This document shows, piece by piece, positions 29,200 to 38,566 of a stretch of 64,000 nt of DNA. Position numbers and translations under genes: made by a program. A model generated the notes under the pieces. That model was given only the letters and a program-made list of their open reading frames with translations, ran no database searches and was not told the origin of the DNA. Positions within the stretch are counted from its first letter, which is position 1; each line of letters opens with the position of its first letter. The stretch covers positions 1,312,001-1,376,000 of the forward strand of contig CAVRAY010000001.1 of NCBI GenBank assembly GCA_963719225.1, in the 5' to 3' direction. The DNA is from Thermoanaerobaculia bacterium. Its GTDB lineage: Bacteria; Acidobacteriota; Thermoanaerobaculia; UBA5066.

Positions 29200-29901
29200 T
29201 CACTCCCGCCAGACGGCGTCGAAGAGCAGGAACGCGGCCGTCGTGACGACGCCGTCGTAGGCCACGAGGAGGCGCACGAAGTCGACTCCGGCCGAGAATT
29301 CCGGCTGCGTGGCGGCGACCCGTGTCGCGAGCACGGCGCCGACGAGTGGCGGCAGGAGGAGCGGGATCGCCAGAACGGCGAAGAGCGCTCCCTTGGCGCT
29401 CGCCTTCGAGACGAGCGCGGCCGTGAACGTGGAGGCCGAGGCGAGGCCGAACGTTCCGAGCACGAGAAGGACCACGAAGAGCGCCGGATCCTTGATCTCG
29501 AACCCCATGAGGACGACGAAGAGCGGCACGATGAAGATCGTCACGGCGCCGAGGAGCGCCACGTTCGCGAGCAGCTTTCCGAGGAGGACGCCGGGCGGCG
29601 GCGCCGACAGCCGGAGAGCCGCGGCCGTCCCCGCGTCCTCTTCGTGGACGAATGTGCGCGAAAGGCCCGTCATCGCCGAGAAGAACAGGACGATCCAGAG
29701 AAGGACGGCGTTCACGGTGGGCCGGTCTTCCGGGGAGAGGCGTGTCGGGCCCACCGCGTAGGCGACGAGGACGAGGACGGCGAAGGCGAAGAGGAAGAGC
29801 GAGTTCACGGCCACGCGCGTCCGCCACTCCGCGAGGAGCTCCCGCCGGAACACGGCGAGGGCCGCCGGGAGGACGGCCGCGGATTTGTGCGGCGCGCTCA
29901 C
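29200..29901 (-). CDS. ccmB: Heme exporter protein B
   Basis: FRRELLAEWR, FVHEEDAGT, LLGKLLAN, LAIPLLLP; position in the ccm operon. Confidence 0.88.
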   Translation of the reverse strand: MSAPHKSAAVLPAALAVFRRELLAEWRTRVAVNSLFLFAFAVLVLVAYAVGPTRLSPEDRPTVNAVLLWIVLFFSAMTGLSRTFVHEEDAGTAAALRLSAPPPGVLLGKLLANVALLGAVTIFIVPLFVVLMGFEIKDPALFVVLLVLGTFGLASASTFTAALVSKASAKGALFAVLAIPLLLPPLVGAVLATRVAATQPEFSAGVDFVRLLVAYDGVVTTAAFLLFDAVWRE

Positions 29902-30524
29902 GAGAGCGTCACGCGTTCGTCCGAGAGCGCCAGGTCTCGCGGGTCGTTCGATGCGATCACGGTGATTCCCCGGAGCCGCTGGGAGGTCACGACCTTCTCC
30001 ACGATGGAGCGGCCCGCCTCGTCCAGGTTCGCGCCCGGCTCGTCGAGGAGCAGCAGGTCGGGCTCGTGCAGCGTCGCGAACGCGAGCTTGACGCGCTGGC
30101 GCTGGCCCGTGGAGAGAGAGGAAAGAGATTTCTTCGAGTATGAAGATTCGGGCAGGCCGACCTCCGCGAGAAGCGCCTTCGCGATGGCCGGCCCGCCCAC
30201 CCGACCTCTTACTTTTTCGAAGAAAATCAGGTTCTCTTCGGCCGTCAACTCGCCATACAGAGAAAGATCGGGGGCGCACCACCCGATGCTGGGCATCACG
30301 TCGCGCGGCTCGTGCCCGCCGGCAGACTCTTCACCTTCCAAGAAAATCTTCGTGCTTCCTCCGCTCGGTCGCAGCAACCCCGCCAGGACCTTGAGGAGCG
30401 TCGTCTTTCCGCTCCCGTTCTCTCCCGCGACGCCGAGGACGTGTCCCTTCTCGACGCGGAACGAGACCGGCCCGAAGGCGCGGCGCCCGAAGGATCGCGA
30501 GAGGTTCTCGGCGACGAGGCGCAT
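29898..30524 (-). CDS. ccmA: Heme exporter ATPase
   Basis: GENGSGKTT, LSTGQRQR, LLLDEP; first gene of the ccm cluster. Confidence 0.85.
   Translation of the reverse strand: MRLVAENLSRSFGRRAFGPVSFRVEKGHVLGVAGENGSGKTTLLKVLAGLLRPSGGSTKIFLEGEESAGGHEPRDVMPSIGWCAPDLSLYGELTAEENLIFFEKVRGRVGGPAIAKALLAEVGLPESSYSKKSLSSLSTGQRQRVKLAFATLHEPDLLLLDEPGANLDEAGRSIVEKVVTSQRLRGITVIASNDPRDLALSDERVTLS
30127..30348. repeat. Three motif copies inside ccmA
   Basis: GATTTCTTCGAG (30127), CCTCTTACTTTTTCGAAGAAAATC (core 30216), CTTCACCTTCCAAGAAAATC (core 30336). Confidence 0.65.
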
Positions 30525-30548
30525 CGCGACAGCATAATCGGTCCCGAC

Positions 30549-31211
30549 GTGCGCTCGCGCATCCTCGGTTTTCTCGTTTTTCTCGCGGTCGTGCTCTACC
30601 GCCTGACGCTGCGCCTCACGATCGTCGGCGAGGAGCATCGGCAGGCCGTTCGCTCTCGCGGGAAAAAGCCTCTGCACGCGATCTGGCACCAGCGGATGGT
30701 CGGCGGGATCCTCGCGCACCGCGGGCTGGGCTATGTGACGATGGCGTCCCGAAGCGCGGACGGCGAGATCATCGCCACGTTCCTCGCGCTCTGGGGCTTC
30801 AAGGCCGCGCGCGGCTCGTCCTCGAAAGGCGGCGATCTCGCCATCCTGGAATTCCTCGTAGCCCTGAAGGACGCGCCCGGCGGTGCGCTCACTCCCGACG
30901 GGCCGCGCGGTCCCGCGCGAAGATGCAAACGCGGGATCCTCACGCTCGCCGAGCAGGGCGAGGCTCTCGTGCTGCCTTCCTCCTCGTCCTCGAGCCGTCC
31001 GAAGTTCCTGAATTCGTGGGACCGTCTTCTCCTGCCGATGCCGTTTTCGAGGTGTGTCGTCGTCTTCTCGCCCGCGCTCGAGCGGGCTCCCGGCGAGATC
31101 GAGGAGGCGTTCCTGGCGCGCGCGGACGCTGCGCTCGACTCCGCGACGGCAGAGGCGGACCGTCTCTGCGGCGTGAAGGACGGCCCCCGTGAGAAGGGAA
31201 AAGCGGCATGA
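30549..31211 (+). CDS. DUF374 lysophospholipid acyltransferase-family protein
   Basis: IWHQR, SRSADGE, RGSSSKGG, TPDGPRGP, SWDRLLLPMPFS. Confidence 0.85.
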   Translation: MRSRILGFLVFLAVVLYRLTLRLTIVGEEHRQAVRSRGKKPLHAIWHQRMVGGILAHRGLGYVTMASRSADGEIIATFLALWGFKAARGSSSKGGDLAILEFLVALKDAPGGALTPDGPRGPARRCKRGILTLAEQGEALVLPSSSSSSRPKFLNSWDRLLLPMPFSRCVVVFSPALERAPGEIEEAFLARADAALDSATAEADRLCGVKDGPREKGKAA

Positions 31212-32191
31212 CTCTTCCCGTAACGCTCGACGACGTGAAGGCCGCCCGCGAACGGATTTCCTCTCACGTTCACCGGACGCCGGTGATGACCTCGCGCCGC
31301 CTCGACGCGCGCGCGGGCTGCCGCCTGTTCTTCAAGTGCGAGACGTTCCAGCGCGTGGGCGCGTTCAAGGCGCGAGGCGCGTTCTCGAGGCTCTCGCTCC
31401 TGGCGCCGGAGGAAAGGAAGCGCGGTGTCGTGGCGTTCTCCTCCGGCAATCACGCTCAGGCCGTCGCGCTCGCGGCCCGGGAGCTCGGCGTCTCGGCCGT
31501 CATCGTCATGCCGCGCGATGCCCCTGCGCTCAAGCTCGCCGCGACGCGCGGATACGGGGCCGAGGTGCGGCTCTACGAGCGCGCCGAGGAAAGCCGCGAG
31601 AAGATCGCCGGCGGGATCGTGGCCGACGAAGGCCGAATCCTCGTGCCGCCGTTCGACGACGTGGCCGTCATCGCGGGACAGGGCACGGCGGGGCTCGAGC
31701 TCCTCGAAGACGTGCCGGACCTCGATGCTGTTGTCACGCCGCTCGGCGGCGGCGGTCTCCTCTCCGGCGTGGCGGTCGCCATCAAGGCGCTCCGGCCCTC
31801 GATCCGCGTCTTCGGGGTCGAACCCGAGGCGGGAGACGATTTCGTGCGCTCGCTCGCCGAAGGACACCCCGTGTCCATCCCCGTGCCCGCCACGATCGCG
31901 GACTGCCTACAGACGACGAAGCCCGGCGTTCACACGTTCGCGCTCGTATCCGCTCTGGTCGAGCGGGTCGTCACCGTGAGCGACCTCGAGCTCAGGCACG
32001 CCATGTCGCTGCTGTTCACGGTCATGAAGCTCGTCGTCGAGCCCGGCGCGACCGCGGCGCTCGCGGGCGTTCTTTCAGGCCGCGTGCCCGCCCTCTCCGG
32101 AAAGCGCGTGGGCGTCGTTCTCTCGGGCGGCAACATCGACCCGGAGACGTTCGGCCGCCTCGTGTCCGGTCTCGGAGCCGACGCCGTCTAG
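31208..32191 (+). CDS. PLP-dependent serine/threonine dehydratase-family enzyme
   Basis: KCETFQRVGAFKARGA, SSGNHAQ, GQGT, PLGGGGL, SGGNID. Confidence 0.92.
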   Translation: MTLPVTLDDVKAARERISSHVHRTPVMTSRRLDARAGCRLFFKCETFQRVGAFKARGAFSRLSLLAPEERKRGVVAFSSGNHAQAVALAARELGVSAVIVMPRDAPALKLAATRGYGAEVRLYERAEESREKIAGGIVADEGRILVPPFDDVAVIAGQGTAGLELLEDVPDLDAVVTPLGGGGLLSGVAVAIKALRPSIRVFGVEPEAGDDFVRSLAEGHPVSIPVPATIADCLQTTKPGVHTFALVSALVERVVTVSDLELRHAMSLLFTVMKLVVEPGATAALAGVLSGRVPALSGKRVGVVLSGGNIDPETFGRLVSGLGADAV

Positions 32192-32760
32192 AAGTAATAG
32201 TTGAAGCCCGCCGCGACGCGGACGTAGTCGGCCTTCGGCTGATTCGGCAGCGCCTTGACTGCGCCGACGTCGAGAAAGACGTAACGGCCGTCGAGGAAGA
32301 CCGACGTCCTGAAGCTGGTTCTCACGTCCACTCCGACGCCGCCGTGCAACGCGAAGAGGTTCTCCGCGGGAGTGGGCATGTCGGCATTCGGCCCCTGACC
32401 TCTGGGCTTGGCCCACGTGTATCCGATGCCGGCCAGAACGTAGGGCTGGACGCGCCCGTCGTGCGGGAAGAAAAGGAGCAGCGACGCGGCGATGGGGACC
32501 TCGTCGACCGTCAGGACGCGAACGCCGTCCGTCGCGAACGAGTCGTGGCGGTATCCCGCCGACACCTCGAGACCGATCCCGCCGGTGAGGCGAAAGCGCA
32601 CATGGACCCCGCCGGTCGCGCCGCCCGACTCCGCGTCGTGCCCGCGCGCGTATCCGGCGCCCGCGCCGTACCCCGTGCCGGGGTCCGAATACGACTGGGC
32701 GGCGGCTCGCGGGGCCACGGTGAGGACCACGGCGAGGAGAAGAAGGGTTGGCCCGCTCAT
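32188..32760 (-). CDS. Small outer-membrane beta-barrel (OmpA/OmpW-like)
   Basis: Signal peptide, VQPYVLAGIG, GGVGVDV, C-terminal FNYYF. Confidence 0.8.
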   Translation of the reverse strand: MSGPTLLLLAVVLTVAPRAAAQSYSDPGTGYGAGAGYARGHDAESGGATGGVHVRFRLTGGIGLEVSAGYRHDSFATDGVRVLTVDEVPIAASLLLFFPHDGRVQPYVLAGIGYTWAKPRGQGPNADMPTPAENLFALHGGVGVDVRTSFRTSVFLDGRYVFLDVGAVKALPNQPKADYVRVAAGFNYYF

Positions 32761-32836
32761 CGAGAAAGCGACTGTACCGCGGCCGTGGTCCGCCCGTCCG
32801 CGCACGCCGCCGGGAATCGCTCATAATCGTGCACCC

Positions 32837-35647
32837 GTGGCGTCCAGAAACTGGAAAGACGACCTCCCGACCCTGGTTCTCGCGCTCGCCGCCCAGCTCG
32901 GACTCGTGCGCGCGGTGGACTGGGCGCGCACCCATACGGAAACGAGCGATCTCGCACGCCGGCTCGTCGCGGAGCGCTTCTACTTCGCGCCGCAGATCGG
33001 GGCGGTGATCGTCGTCCTGATTCTCGGGCGGCTCATCGTGAAGGCCCTGAACCTGCGCGGAGTCGCGATCGGCGAGTGGCTCCGCTCCTCGATTCTCGTG
33101 CTCGTCGTGGGCGTCGGGTTCCTCGTGGCCGCGCATCTCGATCAGATCCTCGACGTCGTCGCTCTTCTCGCGCCCCAACCATCGCTGGACGCGGCATCGC
33201 GCGACCTGGGCGCCTCGGCGTTCTTCCAGCTCCTCGGGCGCACGGCCACGCTGCGCTACGCGATCGACATCGTGGGACTTCTCGTGTGTCTCTTCGCGAT
33301 CCGGCTCGGCCAGCCCGCGCACCCGGAGGTCTCGTCCGCGCAGGCGTTCCAGGACGGCCGCGACTGGGTTCACGCCGGCGAGGCATACCTGAAGGCGGGC
33401 GACTCGAAACGCGCGCGCCGGATGTTCAAGAAGGCGAGGGCATGGCCCCGGCTGGCTGCCCTCGAGCAGCGTGACGGAAGAGCTCGCGAGGCGGCGCGCC
33501 TCTATGGCGAGGCCGGCGACGGCTACACCTGGGAAGCTTCACGCGCGTGGGAGGCCGCCGGCGAGACCGGAGTCGCCGAGGAGCTCGGCAAGAAGGCGCT
33601 CCTCCTGGCGCGTGCGGGATCCCGCTGGGACCGGCTCGCCGAGATCGCCGACGTACTCGGCGATCATGCGTCTCTCGCAGAGGCGTGTCGCCGGCTCGCC
33701 GAGGGCACGCCGCAGGGGCCTGTCCGCTCGGCACTGTGGAAAAGGGCTGCAGACGCCTACCGCAACGCGGGGAAACCGGGCGATGCCGCTGAGGCCTACC
33801 GGAACGCGCAGGAATTCCTCCTCGCCGGCGAGCTCTTCGTGGAGAGCGGCCGATCCGTGGAAGCCGTCCAATCGTTCGAAAGGAGCGGCGCTCTCACGAA
33901 GGCCGCCCTTGCGGCGGCGCGCGCGGGCGACGAGAAGGGCGCACAGGAGCTTCTCGCGCGGGAGGCCGAGGGCCGGGGAGACCTCGTGTCCGCGGCCGAC
34001 GCCTGGCGGCGGTCGGGACAGGCACTGCGCGCCGCCGGCCTCTTCGAGAAAGCGGGAGACTTCGTCCGTGCTGCGGATGCGTGGAAAGAGGCGGGACGCC
34101 TCGAAAAAGCGGCCCCGCTCTACCAGCGCGGCGGGAATCGCGCCGCGGCCGCGGAGGCATACGCGGGCGCCGGACAGGTCGAGAAAGCCGCGGCGATCTT
34201 CAGCGAGCTCAAGGACTACGACCGCGCGGCGGCGCTCTTCCGCGGCGCGGGGCGCCTGCCCGCCGCGGCGGCCGCTCTCCAGGCCGGCGGAAAGTTCGAG
34301 GAAGCGGCCCAGCTCTTTCACCGAACAGGCCGGGATCTCGAGGCCGCGCGGTGCTCTCTCCTGGCAGGGCGTCGCGAGCAGGCGTGGGAGTTCCTCACCG
34401 GGGTGCCGCGCAGCGAGCCCGGCCTCGCCGACCTTTTTCTCGAGCTCGCGCGCTCGCATCTCGCCGCTGGCGAGAGCAAGGACGCCGTGCACGTCCTGCG
34501 CGCCCTGCTCGGGCGCGGGAAGGTCGACGCCGAGAACGTGCATCTTCACATGACGCTCCTCGAAGCTCTGCGCGCCTCGGGGGATTCCGAGGAGGGAGTG
34601 GAGCTCGGGCGGATCGCGGCTTTCGACCCTTCGGTGCTGGAGGGCGCCGCGGTGCAGCCCATGCCCTTCTCGGACGTGGCGCTCGACGATCCCATGCCGC
34701 CGGCGCTCATTCGGACGCCGGCCGTCCACAAGTCCGGACCCTACGCGGCGTTCACGCGGCCCGCTCCGCCGCCTCCCGCCCAGCCCCCGCCGCTCCGTAT
34801 CGCGGTGCCGGCGGCACCGCCGCCCGCCAAGCCCACGATGGGCTTCGGCCTGCCCGAAACCCCCGAGTCGCGATACGAGATTCTCGCCGAGCTCGGGCGC
34901 GGCGGCATGGGCGTCGTGCACAAGGCGCTCGACAAGAAGCTGGACCGGTTCGTGGCTCTCAAGATCCTGCCGTGGCAGCTCCGCGGAGACGAGACGGCGA
35001 TGCGCTATTTCAAGCGCGAGGCCAAGGCGATCGCGGCCCTCAAGCACCCGAACGTCGTCGCGCTCTACGACTACGGCGAGGGCTTCGGCAGCCTCTATCT
35101 CGCGATGGAATACCTCGAGGGGCCGAATCTCCAGAAGCTCATCAAGAAGGACTCGGAGAGGGTCCAGAAGAACTGGCGGACCTGGTTCGTCCAGGCGACG
35201 CGCGGGATCGCGGCGGCCCACGCGAAGGGCATCCTGCACCGCGACCTGAAGCCCGCGAACCTCATCCTCGACGAGCACGAGACGCTGCGCATCCTCGACT
35301 TCGGCCTCGCGCTTCCGCAGGCCGACGCGGGCGGCACGTCCAAGCTCATCGGCAGTCCGGCCTTCTTTCCGCCCGAAGTCCTGCGCGGCGAGATGCCGAG
35401 CCCCGCCTCGGACGTGTACTCGCTCGGCGCGGCGTTCTACACCCTCGCGACCGGGCGCTGGCCGTACATCGGCGACGATGTCCTCGTCGCGCGGCTCGAG
35501 CGCGATCCCGACGACCCGCGCCCGTACGCCCCGTTTCTCAGCGAGGGGGAAGTCGTGGTTCTCATGCGGACGCTCGCGCGGCACCGGCCCGATCGCTTCC
35601 CGGACGGTGGCGAGCTCCTCGCGGCGCTTCTCGCGCTCGAAGCGTAG
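32837..35647 (+). CDS. Membrane-anchored helical-repeat (TPR/clathrin-like) Ser/Thr kinase
   Basis: About 4 N-terminal TMs, many ~13-aa AAxx(Y/F/W)xxAG repeats, Pro-rich linker, then GRGGMG/HRDLKPAN/DFG kinase domain. Confidence 0.88.
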   Translation: MASRNWKDDLPTLVLALAAQLGLVRAVDWARTHTETSDLARRLVAERFYFAPQIGAVIVVLILGRLIVKALNLRGVAIGEWLRSSILVLVVGVGFLVAAHLDQILDVVALLAPQPSLDAASRDLGASAFFQLLGRTATLRYAIDIVGLLVCLFAIRLGQPAHPEVSSAQAFQDGRDWVHAGEAYLKAGDSKRARRMFKKARAWPRLAALEQRDGRAREAARLYGEAGDGYTWEASRAWEAAGETGVAEELGKKALLLARAGSRWDRLAEIADVLGDHASLAEACRRLAEGTPQGPVRSALWKRAADAYRNAGKPGDAAEAYRNAQEFLLAGELFVESGRSVEAVQSFERSGALTKAALAAARAGDEKGAQELLAREAEGRGDLVSAADAWRRSGQALRAAGLFEKAGDFVRAADAWKEAGRLEKAAPLYQRGGNRAAAAEAYAGAGQVEKAAAIFSELKDYDRAAALFRGAGRLPAAAAALQAGGKFEEAAQLFHRTGRDLEAARCSLLAGRREQAWEFLTGVPRSEPGLADLFLELARSHLAAGESKDAVHVLRALLGRGKVDAENVHLHMTLLEALRASGDSEEGVELGRIAAFDPSVLEGAAVQPMPFSDVALDDPMPPALIRTPAVHKSGPYAAFTRPAPPPPAQPPPLRIAVPAAPPPAKPTMGFGLPETPESRYEILAELGRGGMGVVHKALDKKLDRFVALKILPWQLRGDETAMRYFKREAKAIAALKHPNVVALYDYGEGFGSLYLAMEYLEGPNLQKLIKKDSERVQKNWRTWFVQATRGIAAAHAKGILHRDLKPANLILDEHETLRILDFGLALPQADAGGTSKLIGSPAFFPPEVLRGEMPSPASDVYSLGAAFYTLATGRWPYIGDDVLVARLERDPDDPRPYAPFLSEGEVVVLMRTLARHRPDRFPDGGELLAALLALEA

Positions 35648-35658
35648 GAAAGCGTCCC

Positions 35659-36864
35659 ATGAGGATCGCGGTCGTGGCCGGCGACGGGATCGGCCCGGAA
35701 GTGACGCGCGAGTCTCTGAAGGTGCTCGGTGCGCTGGCGTCGGTCGCCGAAGGCATGGCCCCTTCTCCTACTCGCGTGAACTCGCTTCGCTCAGACAGCA
35801 CGCTCGGGCGTCGAAGGGGTCATGCCTCCGGCTCCGATCCATTCATAGAAATCTCTCTATTCCCTTGGGGCGCAGATCACTATCTGAAAACGGGCGAGAC
35901 GCTTCCCCCGGGCGCGTTCGAGATGCTCGCGCGCGATTTCGACGCCGTCCTCGCTGGCGCCTTCGGCGACCCGCGTATCCCGGATGGGCGGCACGCGGAC
36001 GAGATCCTCCTCGGCATGCGCCACGGGCTCGACCTTTTCGCGAATGTCCGTCCCGTGCGCGCGCTCCACGACTCCCTCGTCCCGATTCGGAATGCGCGCG
36101 CCTCCGACGTCGACTTCGTCCTCTTCCGCGAGAACACCGAAGGAGCCTATTCGGGCCGGGGGCGCGTCGAAGGACCCGGGACCGCCGAGGAGGAGGCGGT
36201 GGAGGAGGATGTGACGACCCGGCGCGGCGTCGAGCGGATCTGCCGCGCGGCGTTCGCTTTCGCCGCGACCTTCGGGAAACCCCGGCGCCTTGGACGCCGG
36301 CCGCGCGTTCTCATGGCGGACAAGCACAACGTCCAGAAGCGCGGCGGCGGCCTGTGGCTGCGCGTCTTTCGCGAGGTGGCGAATGAATTTCCCGCCCTCG
36401 AGAGCCGGCACATGTTCGCGGACGCCCTCGCTCACGAGATGGTGAGGAACCCCGCCGCGCTGGACGTCGTCGTCACGAACAACCTCTTCGGCGACGTCCT
36501 GTCGGATCTCGGCGCCGCGCTGCAGGGAGGCCTCGGCCTCGCGCCATCCGGGAACGTGCGACCGAACAGCACGTCCGTCTTCGAACCGGTGCACGGCTCG
36601 GCGCCCGATCTCGCGGGGCAGGGGATCGCCAATCCCTTCGGCTCGATCCGGAGCCTCGGGATGCTGCTCGCGCACCTGGGCCGCGCGGATCTCGAGGGGC
36701 GGGTCGAAAACGCCGTCGCCGCCTGCGTGGCGGCGGGAGAGACGACGCGCGACCTGGGGGGAAAGCTCTCGACGGCAGAGGCCGGCGACGCCGTCGTCGC
36801 GCGGCTGGGCGACGGAACGGCTAGCAGGCTGCTGAAGAAAGGGCTCTTTTTCAAAGGAGCTTGA
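35659..36864 (+). CDS. leuB: Isocitrate/isopropylmalate dehydrogenase family (LeuB-like)
   Basis: GDGIGPEV, FRENTEGAY, NLFGDVLSDL, FEPVHGSAPD. Carries an N-terminal insertion; the last residues are encoded by the IS5 end. Confidence 0.8.
   Translation: MRIAVVAGDGIGPEVTRESLKVLGALASVAEGMAPSPTRVNSLRSDSTLGRRRGHASGSDPFIEISLFPWGADHYLKTGETLPPGAFEMLARDFDAVLAGAFGDPRIPDGRHADEILLGMRHGLDLFANVRPVRALHDSLVPIRNARASDVDFVLFRENTEGAYSGRGRVEGPGTAEEEAVEEDVTTRRGVERICRAAFAFAATFGKPRRLGRRPRVLMADKHNVQKRGGGLWLRVFREVANEFPALESRHMFADALAHEMVRNPAALDVVVTNNLFGDVLSDLGAALQGGLGLAPSGNVRPNSTSVFEPVHGSAPDLAGQGIANPFGSIRSLGMLLAHLGRADLEGRVENAVAACVAAGETTRDLGGKLSTAEAGDAVVARLGDGTASRLLKKGLFFKGA
35746..35832. repeat. Palindromic element inserted in frame in the leuB-like gene
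   Basis: 20-bp arms 35746-35765 and 35813-35832 (18/20), with an inner GCGTG/CACGC stem. Confidence 0.75.
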
Positions 36865-38153
36865 GCGGGAGAAGACACGTCAAGCTGAAAGAGGGGATTG
36901 CTTCGAGAGAGTGAGTCCGTGCTGCTCGCCTTTTTCGGCCCGCTTCGGTCGCACCGAGGGGCGCTTCAGGGGGAATCAGGCGGTCGAGGACTCCATTCGC
37001 GCCATTCGGACGAGGTTGTAGGCCGTCATCACGCTGAGGACGTGAGCCGCCACGCGGGCGAGTCCTCGGAAGCGCGTCTTGGCCAGGCCTCCGATGGTCT
37101 TACTCCAGCCGAAGATTTCTTCGACGCGCTTCCTGATTCGCTGGCTCACGGCGTAGCCCGCGTGTCTCGTCGTCCTTCGGTCGATGGCGCTGCGCCTGTT
37201 GGTGGTGTTCTGGGCCACGTGGGGCGTGACGCCTCTCTCTCGGAGCCTTTCGATGAAATCCCTCGTGTCGTAGCCCTTGTCGCCGGCCAGCGTGATGCGC
37301 TTGTCCGAGCCCAGCTCGTCGACCATGCCCAGTGCGGCCGACCTCTCCCCGTAGCCGTCGGCCGTCGTTACGCGCGCCTTCACGCACAGTCCGTTTCTGT
37401 TCTCCATCAAGACGTGGCCGAGGTAGCACAGCTGCGAAGGCTGGCCGTCTCCCTTCTTGTAGAGCTTGGCGTCGGGATCGGTCGTCGAGGCGTGCGTGTC
37501 GTTGCGCCTCTTCTGGCCGCGAAAGTCGACATCGGCGTTGCGGCCGCCAGGAGCTGGCGGCTCATCGCCGCCCTTACCGTCCTTGTCCTTCCGGGGCTGG
37601 AAGCTCTTCAAGGAGGCGTTCGCTTCGATCAGCGTGCCGTCCACGGTGAAGTGCTCGTCCGAGAGAAGAAACTTCTTGCGGGCCTGTGCGACGACTTCCG
37701 AGAAGAACTCCTCGAAGACCTCGGCCTCCAACAGTCTCTGGCGGTTCTTCGAGAAGGTCGTCGGATCGAAGGCCGGTGCAAGCCCCGGCATGTCCAGGAA
37801 CCAGCGGAAGAGAAAGTCGTACCCGAGCCGCTCGCAGAAGAGCCGCTCGCTTCTCACGCTGTACAGCGCGATGAGGATCTGCGCCTTGAGAAGCATCTCG
37901 GGCGGAATCGATGGACGCCCTCGCTCCGAGTACAGCCTGGCGAGCTTGGGCTCGAGACGCCTGAGCGCTTCGTCTGCAAGCGCCTTCACCTTGCGGATCG
38001 GGTGGTCCCGCGGCACGAGCTCCTCGGGCGTCATCGTCACGACAAGATCGACCTGCTTTTCGTTGTCTCCACGCATGCACATCAAGGTGCAGCCGCATCG
38101 CGCAGCAGTCAATGCCTCGCCGCGATTTTCAGGAGCCCTTTTTCAGCAGCCTG
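36825..38153 (-). mobile_element. IS5-family insertion sequence with CTAG target duplication
   Basis: TIRs CAGGCTGCTGAA(G)AAAGGGCTC at 36825-36846 and 38133-38153; CTAG at 36821-36824 and 38154-38157. Confidence 0.92.
36976..38076 (-). CDS. IS5-family DDE transposase (intact)
   Basis: VPRDHP, GRPSIPPE, YSVRSER, VDGTLIEA, GDKGYD, RKRVEEIFGW, YNLVRM. Confidence 0.93.
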   Translation of the reverse strand: MRGDNEKQVDLVVTMTPEELVPRDHPIRKVKALADEALRRLEPKLARLYSERGRPSIPPEMLLKAQILIALYSVRSERLFCERLGYDFLFRWFLDMPGLAPAFDPTTFSKNRQRLLEAEVFEEFFSEVVAQARKKFLLSDEHFTVDGTLIEANASLKSFQPRKDKDGKGGDEPPAPGGRNADVDFRGQKRRNDTHASTTDPDAKLYKKGDGQPSQLCYLGHVLMENRNGLCVKARVTTADGYGERSAALGMVDELGSDKRITLAGDKGYDTRDFIERLRERGVTPHVAQNTTNRRSAIDRRTTRHAGYAVSQRIRKRVEEIFGWSKTIGGLAKTRFRGLARVAAHVLSVMTAYNLVRMARMESSTA

Positions 38154-38477
38154 CTAGAGGACCCGGACGCGCACCTCGCGCATCGGCTCGGGCTCGTCGA
38201 GCTCCAGCTTCTCCTCGACGACGACGCGCTGAATGAGGCCCCGTTCCCCCTCGACGATCAGGGTGATGCCGGGCTCGATCTCGTCGAACGTCGCCTCGGC
38301 GACGGACTCGTCGGGGTTCTTCACGATGACCGACTCCACGACGGAGGGCTCGCCCGCGCGACCGGCGACGACGAGCCGGAACGTGGACGTCTCCTTGGCG
38401 TGCTTGTTTTTTTCCTTGCGGGCGAGCTCGCGGGCTCGCTTCTGCGCCCTTTTCTGGCGGATTTCCCAAGCCCTCAT
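38154..38477 (-). CDS. Hypothetical protein
   Basis: AAAGGAG RBS, GC3-rich codons, basic N-terminus and acidic beta-rich C-terminus. Confidence 0.7.
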   Translation of the reverse strand: MRAWEIRQKRAQKRARELARKEKNKHAKETSTFRLVVAGRAGEPSVVESVIVKNPDESVAEATFDEIEPGITLIVEGERGLIQRVVVEEKLELDEPEPMREVRVRVL

Positions 38478-38566
38478 GCCGCTCCTTTCCGGGCGCGAGA
38501 GAGCGCCGGAGCCCCGCATTATGACCGAGCCGGCTATCGGCTAATCTCGGCCGAGCGGAGGCAGCG

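Noticed and set aside
37114-37125. GATTTCTTCGAC inside the IS5 transposase as a motif copy
   Set aside because: It is explained by the conserved VEEIF coding sequence and lacks the flanks and a partner.
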